Source of the DNA: an uncultured Candidatus Saccharibacteria bacterium
GTDB taxonomy: Bacteria > Patescibacteriota > Minisyncoccia > Phycocordibacterales > Phycocordibacteraceae
Reading direction: 5' to 3'
Assembly: GCA_964349555.1 (NCBI GenBank)
Contig: CAYGGK010000003.1
Span: 1-61,893, forward strand
DNA length: 61,893 nucleotides
Part shown: positions 7,338-15,254 of the stretch, one piece after another
Layout of the letters: each line of letters begins with the position of its first letter
How positions within the stretch are numbered: position 1 is the first letter of the stretch
The notes under the pieces: model-generated
Databases searched by the model: none
The model's input: only the letters and a program-made list of their open reading frames with translations
What the model was told of the DNA's origin: nothing
Made by a program: the position numbers and the translations under genes

Positions 7338-8276
7338 ATGGCGAATAGACACCTAGCACGTTCCATCGTTCTCCAAACTCTTTTTGAGTGGGACACCGCG
7401 CACGCCTCCGAGGCAGACGCGCAGACGATTCTCGCGCGCAACGTCGCAGAGTTCGGCGGCGACGACACAGATCAGTCGTTCATGGAAAATCTTCTCTCCG
7501 GCGTTCTCGCCAAATGCGGCGACATTGACCTTGTCATCACAAAGGCCGCGCCCGAGTGGCCCTTGGAGCGCATCGCTCCCGTTGACCGCAACATACTGCG
7601 CCTCGGGCTCTTTGAACTCCTTTTTGCCGACCGCTCGCAGGTACCGGCGAAGGTCGCCATTAACGAAGCCATCGAGCTCGCGAAGACCTTCGGCGGGGAT
7701 TCTTCGGGCCGATTTGTAAATGGAGTCCTCGGCGCCATCTATAAAGAGCTCGGTGAGCCAGGGAAGGACGAGCAGGCCGTGAAGAAAAACACGAAGGTTA
7801 AATATGAGGATATGCCTCTCCAAGCGCTCGGCGGGGCGGTCGTCTATGCGAAGCACGAAGGACAGTACTATCTCGCGCTCGTGCACGACGTGTTCGGCCA
7901 TTGGACGCTCTCAAAGGGGAAGTTGGAGCCGGGAGAGAGCCCGGAAGCAGGGACCGCTCGCGAGATTAAAGAAGAGATGGGAATAGACATCGTTATTGAA
8001 GAAAAAATAGGAGAGAACGAGTACGTCGCGTCTCATCCGGAGAAGGGGAAGTATAGGAAACACGTGAGTTACTTTTTGGCGCGCGCCGACTATGTGCCGC
8101 TCAAGCTGGAGCCCGGCAAGGGGGGGCTTGATGACACGAAGTGGTTCCGTCTGCAGGACATCATTGACCTCAATTTTTACGATGATATGCTCCCTATCGT
8201 CACGGCGGCCGTTCAAAAACTCCTGGATCATGCGAGTAAAGAGAAAGGTCTCAACGCCGTAGGTACCGAGCGCTAG
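7338..8276 (+). CDS. nusB: NusB antitermination factor fused to a C-terminal NUDIX hydrolase domain
   Basis: Residues 1-137 are NusB-like (RSIVLQTLFEWD, DRNILRLGLFELLF, AINEAIELAKTFGG, FVNGVLG). Residues ~160-300 carry a perfect Nudix box, GKLEPGESPEAGTAREIKEEMGI. Confidence 0.85.
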   Translation: MANRHLARSIVLQTLFEWDTAHASEADAQTILARNVAEFGGDDTDQSFMENLLSGVLAKCGDIDLVITKAAPEWPLERIAPVDRNILRLGLFELLFADRSQVPAKVAINEAIELAKTFGGDSSGRFVNGVLGAIYKELGEPGKDEQAVKKNTKVKYEDMPLQALGGAVVYAKHEGQYYLALVHDVFGHWTLSKGKLEPGESPEAGTAREIKEEMGIDIVIEEKIGENEYVASHPEKGKYRKHVSYFLARADYVPLKLEPGKGGLDDTKWFRLQDIIDLNFYDDMLPIVTAAVQKLLDHASKEKGLNAVGTER

Positions 8277-8292
8277 CGAGGTATGAAGACAC

Positions 8293-8982
8293 ATGCCTGA
8301 TTTCCAAACATTCGCAAAAAAAATCGATACCCCATTCCATACTCTCAATCTCTTGATTGAAGCGTTGACGCACCGCTCATATTTAAACGAGCATCGCGAC
8401 TATACGGGCTCTCACAACGAGCGTCTTGAGTTTCTTGGCGACGCGGTGCTGGAGCTCGCGATAACCGATTTCCTTTTTAAAAAATTTCCAGCGAAACCTG
8501 AGGGCGAGCTTACTGCCTATCGTGCCGCGCTGGTCAACACAGTGTCGCTCGCCGAGAGCGCGCAAGCACTCGGTATTAACGAGTATTTACTGCTTTCTCG
8601 GGGTGAGGCGAAGGATGTCGGCCGCGCGCGCGACGTTATTCTCGCAAACGCGTTTGAGGCGATTGTCGGCGCGATATACCTTGACTCCGGGTTCGCCTCC
8701 GCTGAAGCGTTTATTTCAAAAAATTTGTATGGCAAAATAGACGACGTTATCACGAAGCGCTCCTATCAAGACGCGAAGAGTCGCTTTCAGGAAATAGCGC
8801 AGGAGAAGCGCGGAACGACCCCGTCGTACGAAACGCTCTCAGAAATCGGCCCCGATCATAATAAGCGTTTTACCGTTGGCGTTTTTATCGGTGTCGAAGA
8901 AATCGCGCGCGGAGAGGGCGAGTCAAAACAAGAGGCCGAACAATCGGCGGCACAAAGTGCGCTGGTATCCATGGGATGGTGA
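8293..8982 (+). CDS. rnc: ribonuclease III
   Basis: Has the NERLEFLGDAVL catalytic signature and a C-terminal dsRBD (GPDHNKRFTV...GEGESKQEAEQSAA). Confidence 0.9.
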   Translation: MPDFQTFAKKIDTPFHTLNLLIEALTHRSYLNEHRDYTGSHNERLEFLGDAVLELAITDFLFKKFPAKPEGELTAYRAALVNTVSLAESAQALGINEYLLLSRGEAKDVGRARDVILANAFEAIVGAIYLDSGFASAEAFISKNLYGKIDDVITKRSYQDAKSRFQEIAQEKRGTTPSYETLSEIGPDHNKRFTVGVFIGVEEIARGEGESKQEAEQSAAQSALVSMGW

Positions 8983-9018
8983 ACGGAGGCCTTTTTCTTT
9001 TGGTACAATAAAAAGACA

Positions 9019-11253
9019 ATGTTGAAACGACTGGAAATAGTCGGGTTTAAGTCATTCGCCAAGAAGACGGTCTTGGATTTCGTGAATGCCACGACGGCTA
9101 TCGTGGGACCGAACGGTTCTGGCAAAAGCAATGTCGCCGAGGCGTTCCGCTTCGCGCTCGGCGAGCAGTCAATGAAAAGCATGCGCGGGAAGCGCACAGA
9201 GGACCTCATTTGGGGCGGCTCTCACACGACGCCGAGAGCGAATCGCGCTTCTGTGGCTATCATTTTCGATAATTCCCGCCTGCCTGCGCAGGCAGGTCGC
9301 ATGTTCAAGATAGATTTCGATGAAGTTTCCATTGAGCGCACAATCTTCCGCGACGGAACTGGCGAGTATGCTATCAACGGTTCGCGCGTCCGCCTCCGCG
9401 ATATTGAAGAGCTTCTTGCGGGCGCGAATATCGGCGAGACGGGGCATCATATCATCTCCCAGGGCGAGTCAGACCGGATACTGCTTGCCAGCGCGCGCGA
9501 GCGGCGCGCGATGCTGGAAGACGCTCTCGGACTCAAGATGTATGAATTTAAGAAGAATGAAGCGCAGAGGAAACTGGTTAAAACGGAGGAGAACATCGCG
9601 CAGGTTAATTCACTTCGGAGAGAGTTGGCGCCGCACCTGCGCTTCTTGGAGAGCCAGGTGAAAAAATTAGAGCGTGCCGATGAGCTCCGGAGCGAACTCA
9701 CTTCGCTCGCACAGACTTACTTCTCTATTGAAGAGGCGTATCTCGCACAGGAAAAGCTGAAGGCCACCGAGGAGAAGCGCAGTGCGTCGGAAAAGCTCTC
9801 GACGGTAACCGTCGAACTTGCACACATAGAAGAACACTCAACGACAGACGTCGAGGGAACGAAGCGTCTTGAATTGGTGCGCAAGATTGAAAGGGATATC
9901 GAACGTATCACAGGAGAGCGCTCAGCGCTCGCGCGCGCCATCGGCCGAGTAGAAGGGTCGCTCTCAGTAGCCGCAGAACATCGGGAGAAGGTTGTGCAAA
10001 AACCGTATGTAAAGGTTCCGCGCGAAGACCTTGCCGCACTTGCGCGCGAAGTGGAGACGCAGATGGCGGAAGAACCACGTACGCCGGATGCGACGACTGC
10101 GGCGCTCGTCGCAGTCGGCACAGCGATCATGGCGTTTATAAATCGTTTCGTTATTCCACAGGACGACATACTCGTTGAAGAGGAGCGTACGACCTACGCG
10201 CTCGAAAATGAGCGAACAGAGCTCCTTAAGAAGGACGCCAGTCTCGCCGAAGAACTTGACCGCGCGAAATCCGCGCTCGCACGTTCGCGCGAAGCGCTCT
10301 CCGCGCATGATGAAACCGGCAGGGAAATGCGTCGCCGCACATTGGATCTCGCGCAGTCTCAAGCGCATGAAGAGGGCGTGATAACGAAGATTGAAGCGCG
10401 CGAACACGAACTCGCTCTCTTGAAGGATATCTTGGAGCGCGATAAGGGTGAGGTCCTCGTTCTTGCCGGTGCCGCATCAGTCTCTTACACTCCGCTCGTA
10501 GCACCTCCCTCCGAAGAGCGAAGAGTACAAGAGGACCGTAGGCGCACTATGGAACGAATGAAAATACGTTTGGAAGAAGCGGGCGGTACTGGTGACGACG
10601 TCAAACACGAACACAAAGAAGTTTCCGAACGCGAAGCATTTCTCGCCACAGAGCTGGACGACCTCGCAAAATCGGCGTCGGGACTTCGCGCGCTTATCAA
10701 CGACTTGGATACAGAGTTGGCCACACACTTCTCCGAAGGGCTCGCGAAGGTGAACGCATCGTTTGGCGAATACTTTGCCCTCATGTTTGACGGTGGCGGT
10801 GCGCGACTAGTCCTCGAAGCCGAGGACGACGTAGAGGAGTCCGAAGATCTCGAGGAGCCAGACGACGAGGGGCTGGATATCCCTAAGGAGAAGGAGAGGC
10901 CCGGCATAGAAATCACTGTCAGTCTGCCGAAAAAGAAAGTGCGCTCACTGATGCAGCTCTCGGGAGGGGAGCGCGCCCTGACCAGTATCGCGCTCATATT
11001 TGCTATGAGCCAGGTGAACCCACCTCCGTTCCTCATCTTGGACGAGACCGATGCCGCCCTCGACGAGGCGAACAGTCGCCGCTATGGGGATATGATAGAA
11101 AATCTCGCGAAACGGTCGCAGCTCATTGTCATCACGCACAACCGCGAGACCATGAGCCGTGCCAATATCCTCTACGGCGTGACTATGGGTAGCGACGGCG
11201 TCAGCAAACTCCTCTCAGTGAAGTTCGACGAAGCCGTCGCTGTTGCGAGATAG
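9019..11253 (+). CDS. smc: SMC-family ATPase, short form without recognisable hinge
   Basis: The N-head is GFKSFAKKT...IVGPNGSGKSN..EAFRFALGEQS. The C-head is LSGGERALTSIALIFA...FLILDETDAALD. It is only 744 aa. Confidence 0.8.
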   Translation: MLKRLEIVGFKSFAKKTVLDFVNATTAIVGPNGSGKSNVAEAFRFALGEQSMKSMRGKRTEDLIWGGSHTTPRANRASVAIIFDNSRLPAQAGRMFKIDFDEVSIERTIFRDGTGEYAINGSRVRLRDIEELLAGANIGETGHHIISQGESDRILLASARERRAMLEDALGLKMYEFKKNEAQRKLVKTEENIAQVNSLRRELAPHLRFLESQVKKLERADELRSELTSLAQTYFSIEEAYLAQEKLKATEEKRSASEKLSTVTVELAHIEEHSTTDVEGTKRLELVRKIERDIERITGERSALARAIGRVEGSLSVAAEHREKVVQKPYVKVPREDLAALAREVETQMAEEPRTPDATTAALVAVGTAIMAFINRFVIPQDDILVEEERTTYALENERTELLKKDASLAEELDRAKSALARSREALSAHDETGREMRRRTLDLAQSQAHEEGVITKIEAREHELALLKDILERDKGEVLVLAGAASVSYTPLVAPPSEERRVQEDRRRTMERMKIRLEEAGGTGDDVKHEHKEVSEREAFLATELDDLAKSASGLRALINDLDTELATHFSEGLAKVNASFGEYFALMFDGGGARLVLEAEDDVEESEDLEEPDDEGLDIPKEKERPGIEITVSLPKKKVRSLMQLSGGERALTSIALIFAMSQVNPPPFLILDETDAALDEANSRRYGDMIENLAKRSQLIVITHNRETMSRANILYGVTMGSDGVSKLLSVKFDEAVAVAR

Positions 11254-11260
11254 GATCTTT

Positions 11261-13225
11261 CTATACCGGAACAAAATCCAGTTCTTTTTCGGCGACGCGA
11301 GCGGCGGTGAGGCGAACGCGAATCGGGTCGCCGAGGCGGTACGATTTCTTCGTACGTCGACCGACGAGACGGTACTGCTTCTCTTCATATTCAAAATAAT
11401 CATCACCCACATCCTTGACGCGTATCATACCGTCGGCGTGTGTCACCTTTTCTTCAACGTATAACCCGCGATCGGTGACGCCAGAAATAACGGCATCGAA
11501 TTCTTCGCCGACACGTCCGGCAAGGAACTCAACTTGCTTCATCTTAATCGAGTCGCGTTCGGCGTCTGAGGCGGCGACCTCGCGTTCAGAGGCGTGGAGC
11601 GCAAGCGCGTCAAACTCCCGCATCTCCTCAGTCGTTATCGGAGTGCCGAGAGAGTGCGCCTTGATGAGTCGGTGAATAACAAGGTCCGGATAACGTCGAA
11701 TCGGCGAAGTGAAGTGGGTGTAAAAGTCAAAGGCGAGGCCGAAATGTCCTATGTTCCGTGTGGTGTAGACGGCCTTGCTCATCGAACGCAGTGCCGCCAT
11801 TTTCACAAGATATTCCTCGGGCTTGCCTTTAACCTGTTCCATCAGTTTATTTAATTCCGCTCCCGTGACGCTTCCGTCGCCGGCTGTCTTCAGGTGGTAA
11901 CCCATGACGCGGAGCAGGTGCGCGAGATTCTCGATGCGGTCGACATCCGGCGCATCATGGACGCGGTAGAGCGAGTAGAAATGCGCCCCGCCGCTCTCTG
12001 TGAGCCGAGACAAATGCTTCGCTACCGCCTCATTCGCAAGGAGCATGAAGTCTTCAATGAGGAGATTGGTCGCTATGCGTTCTTTCAGATGCACAGAAAT
12101 CGGCTTGCCTGTTTCATCGAGCTTCACCTTCACCTCCGCAGTATCAAACTCGATGGCACCCTTGGCCTGCCGTCGCGCGCGAATCTTTTTGGACACCTCA
12201 AGCAGTAGTGAAAGTTCCTTATGCATGACGCCAGCGCCACTATCAAGAACTTCTTGTGCCTCCTCGTAGGTGAAGCGCTTGTCGGAGTGAATGACCGTCT
12301 CGCCGAACCACACTTCCTTAACGTTCGCGTCGCTATCGAGCGTGAAGACGGCGGAGACGGCGAGACGGTCTTCGTCAGGCTTCAGCGAGCAGAGATCGGT
12401 GGAGAGAACTTCAGGGAGCATCGGGATGGTACGGTCTACGAGATACACGCTCGTCGCGCGCGCGACCGCCTCTGTATCGAGCGCGCTATGGGGCCTCACG
12501 AAGAACGAGACATCGGCAATGTGAACGCCAACTTCAATATTTCCATCTGGGAGAGTGCGCACCGACAAGGCGTCATCGAAATCTTTTGCGTCAAAGGGGT
12601 CGATAGTACATGTGGGAACATTTCTAAAATCACGCCGCTTTGGACTCCTCGCCTCCTCCGCGAGCATTGCGCGACCGTTCTTTTCAAGCCGCTCGGCATC
12701 AGCAACCACGCCAGGAGGGAAGTCGCTCGAGAACCCTTGCCCGAGCGCGAGCGCGCGCATCTCGGTCTCGTGTACGCCCGCCTTACCGATAACCTCCTCG
12801 ATAGAGCCGAGCGGATATTCTTTATCTTCCTCCCACGCCCCGAGGAGCACAAGCACTTTGTCTCCTATCTGTGCCGTTCCTCTCTCCAAAATAACGATAG
12901 GGACATGCATCTTCTTATAGTCAGGCTTCATCAGTGTGAGCCCGTTTTCCTCAACAAGCGTTCCAACGAATGTTTCGCGCGCGCGCGATAGTATCTCTAC
13001 CACCTTGCCGGCCGCACGCGCTGGCATTTTGCCCGTCGGATCTTGGTAGAGTCCCTTTGGGGCGATCCTTACGATGTCGCCAGAGAGCGCGTGGTTCGTC
13101 CATTCTGGTGGAATAATTAAGTCCTCCTTCGCCGAGGCTTCGGAGGATGCCGTAGGAACAGCAAAAAAGCCGATGCCCTTGCGGGTCATCGTTATCGGGC
13201 CTTCATACGTAGTCTCCGCAGGCAT
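11261..13225 (-). CDS. rnr: ribonuclease R / RNase II-family exoribonuclease
   Basis: Has the RNB motif IDPFDAKDFDDALSV, OB folds and a C-terminal S1 domain. Start is set at ATG 13225 (MPAETTY) because the longer ORF would overlap rpsP. Confidence 0.9.
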   Translation of the reverse strand: MPAETTYEGPITMTRKGIGFFAVPTASSEASAKEDLIIPPEWTNHALSGDIVRIAPKGLYQDPTGKMPARAAGKVVEILSRARETFVGTLVEENGLTLMKPDYKKMHVPIVILERGTAQIGDKVLVLLGAWEEDKEYPLGSIEEVIGKAGVHETEMRALALGQGFSSDFPPGVVADAERLEKNGRAMLAEEARSPKRRDFRNVPTCTIDPFDAKDFDDALSVRTLPDGNIEVGVHIADVSFFVRPHSALDTEAVARATSVYLVDRTIPMLPEVLSTDLCSLKPDEDRLAVSAVFTLDSDANVKEVWFGETVIHSDKRFTYEEAQEVLDSGAGVMHKELSLLLEVSKKIRARRQAKGAIEFDTAEVKVKLDETGKPISVHLKERIATNLLIEDFMLLANEAVAKHLSRLTESGGAHFYSLYRVHDAPDVDRIENLAHLLRVMGYHLKTAGDGSVTGAELNKLMEQVKGKPEEYLVKMAALRSMSKAVYTTRNIGHFGLAFDFYTHFTSPIRRYPDLVIHRLIKAHSLGTPITTEEMREFDALALHASEREVAASDAERDSIKMKQVEFLAGRVGEEFDAVISGVTDRGLYVEEKVTHADGMIRVKDVGDDYFEYEEKQYRLVGRRTKKSYRLGDPIRVRLTAARVAEKELDFVPV

Positions 13226-13273
13226 TTTCTTACACTCTAGCAATATACGGGGAGTTCTGCTATAGTCGCACTC

Positions 13274-13831
13274 ATGTTGATGATTCGATTTCAAAGAATC
13301 GGCCGGACCAATGATCCGGCGTTTCGTATTGCGGTGCTGGAGAAAGAGCGCGCCGCGAAGGCCGGCAATGTCGTTGAACTTCTCGGTACCTATAATCCGC
13401 GAAGCAAGGCGCTGACATTGAATGAGGCGCAGGTGAAGGAATGGATACTGAAGGGAGCTCAGCCGACCGATTCAATCCGGAACCTCCTTATCACGAAGGG
13501 CATCATAGAGGGGAAGAAGGTTAATGTATTACCGAAGAAGACGCCGCAGAAGAATGAGGCAAAAATTGCAGAAGAGGCGGCAGCCGTAGCAACTGCCGCC
13601 GCCGAAGCCGCGGCCGCTAAAGCTGTCGCCGAAGCTCCAGTCGCAGAGGCCGCCTCAGAACCAGAGCAGACGGTGGAGGCTCCGACCGAGGCAGAGATTG
13701 TTGCCGAAGGTGCTGACGAAGGAAGTGCCGAAGGTGCTGATGCGGGAAGTGCTGAAGCCGAGCCGGTAGCTGAGGAAGCGCTAGTAGCAGTTGAGGAGGC
13801 TCCGGTAGTTGAAGAGACCCCGGCCGCATAA
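13274..13831 (+). CDS. rpsP: 30S ribosomal protein S16 with Ala/Glu-rich C-terminal extension
   Basis: The N-terminus IRFQRIGRTNDPAFRIAV...GTYNP is S16-like. About 95 aa of A/E-rich tail follow. Confidence 0.9.
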   Translation: MLMIRFQRIGRTNDPAFRIAVLEKERAAKAGNVVELLGTYNPRSKALTLNEAQVKEWILKGAQPTDSIRNLLITKGIIEGKKVNVLPKKTPQKNEAKIAEEAAAVATAAAEAAAAKAVAEAPVAEAASEPEQTVEAPTEAEIVAEGADEGSAEGADAGSAEAEPVAEEALVAVEEAPVVEETPAA

Positions 13832-13871
13832 CCGCCGCCGAAGGCGTGCTACCTATCACTAATATTCCTCT

Positions 13872-14189
13872 ATGGAACCAGACCAAGCATTTCTCGAATA
13901 CGCGGTAAAGGCGCTCGCTGACCACCCCGAGGCGGTTGAGACGACGCGTACCATCGACCAAATGGGAGTGTTGCTAACGCTAACCGTACACCCGGAAGAC
14001 ATGGGCAAGATTATCGGCAAGAGCGGAAAAACCGCAGAAGCGCTCCGCATTCTTCTAAGAGTCGTAGGGATGAAAGGGAACGCGCGGGTGAATCTTAAAA
14101 TAAACGAGCCCGTCGGTGGCAAGCGCCTGCCTGCGCAGGCAGGCGAACAGGAGCACAAAACCGTCGATCAGGTTGTAGAAGAGCTCTAA
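13872..14189 (+). CDS. KH-domain RNA-binding protein (YlqC/UPF0109-like)
   Basis: Has the KH core MGKIIGKSGKTAEALRILL and the conserved position after rpsP. Confidence 0.8.
   Translation: MEPDQAFLEYAVKALADHPEAVETTRTIDQMGVLLTLTVHPEDMGKIIGKSGKTAEALRILLRVVGMKGNARVNLKINEPVGGKRLPAQAGEQEHKTVDQVVEEL
14124..14145. repeat. 22-nt perfect palindrome CGCCTGCCTGCGCAGGCAGGCG, in frame in the KH gene
   Basis: Self-complementary by direct reading. The core recurs at 9279-9296 (smc) and, degenerate, at 41276-41297 (uvrC). Confidence 0.9.
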
Positions 14190-14199
14190 CGCTCGCTCG

Positions 14200-14265
14200 G
14201 GAATTGCAATTTTTGATAGCGTTCCGAAGACTGCACTTGGCTTCACTATCAAAAATCACAATTCC
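14200..14265. repeat. 20-bp inverted repeat (18/20 complementary) spanning the KH-trmD intergenic region
   Basis: GGAATTGCAATTTTTGATAG (14200-14219) against CTATCAAAAATCACAATTCC (14246-14265). It ends 10 nt before the trmD ATG. Confidence 0.7.
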
Positions 14266-14275
14266 ACCGCTCGTT

Positions 14276-14953
14276 ATGAAATTTCATCTCGTTACATTAT
14301 TTGAAGAAGCATGCGATGCGTACCTGAATGTGTCGATAATCGGGCGCGCGCGGAAGGAGAAAAAGATTGTAATTAAATACCAGAACCCCCGCGACTTTGT
14401 CGCGGGGAAGGCGGGGAGTTATAAGAAAGTGGATGATAAGCCGTACGGAGGCGGCCCCGGGATGGTCATCGCCGCAATGCCGATTGTGAAGGCTGTAGCA
14501 AGAGCATTGCGGCGAAGCACGAAGCACCAAGCACGAAATTCTAAACAAATAATTATCTGGTTCAACCCAAGTGCCAAACAGTTTACGAACAAAGACGCCG
14601 ACGCGCTCGCTAAATGTACGGACATCGTGCTCGTCTGCGGTCGCTATGAGGGCATTGATGAGCGCGCTAAGAAAATATTGAAGACACTCGCTCCGGTGAG
14701 AGAATTTGCCGTTGGCTCTGCGGTCTATACGGGCGGGGAAGTGCCGGCGCTCGCAATAGTAGACGCCGTTACGCGCCGCCTGCCGGGAGTCCTCGGGGAA
14801 GATACCTCAGTAGAGGAGCGCCGCATCTCTTCGAGCGCCGTCTATACCCGTCCCGAAACCATTTTGTATCAAGCGAAGCAGTACAAAGTCCCTGCGGTGT
14901 TGCGAACAGGCCATCATTCAAATATAGACAAGTGGAGACAGGCGAAACGATAG
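14276..14953 (+). CDS. trmD: tRNA (guanine37-N1)-methyltransferase
   Basis: Has TrmD motifs (YGGGPGMV, CGRYEGIDER, DEL-type C-terminus) and the conserved position after rpsP and the KH gene. ATG 14276. Confidence 0.9.
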   Translation: MKFHLVTLFEEACDAYLNVSIIGRARKEKKIVIKYQNPRDFVAGKAGSYKKVDDKPYGGGPGMVIAAMPIVKAVARALRRSTKHQARNSKQIIIWFNPSAKQFTNKDADALAKCTDIVLVCGRYEGIDERAKKILKTLAPVREFAVGSAVYTGGEVPALAIVDAVTRRLPGVLGEDTSVEERRISSSAVYTRPETILYQAKQYKVPAVLRTGHHSNIDKWRQAKR

Positions 14954-15254
14954 AATATCCTTATCTTTACCGACCGGTCACTCATAAGGATATGTCACTA
15001 TCCACAAAATCTGCTATCGCGGAAATTATTGATGAACGCAGGGAGGAAGCTTCGCTTATCCCCAACGGCACTTGCGCGGAAAGGGGTGAGGTGGTAGGTT
15101 AAAAATACAAGATACGAGTGAGTAATGGAGGGAGGGCATAGACTTACATACGGGAGTCGAAGGAAAACGCACAAGCGCAAGCGGATTTGTTTCCGTGTGT
15201 TCGCTTTATATATTTTCAGAAAAAGAGTTATTCACCACTTCACGCCACCCTCAC

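Noticed and set aside
14992-15102. 36-aa ORF (MSLSTKSAIAEIIDERREEASLIPNGTCAERGEVVG) in the trmD-rpoB gap, where rplS might be expected.
   Set aside because: It does not resemble L19. AAGGA is only 1 nt from the ATG, and there is no supporting signal.
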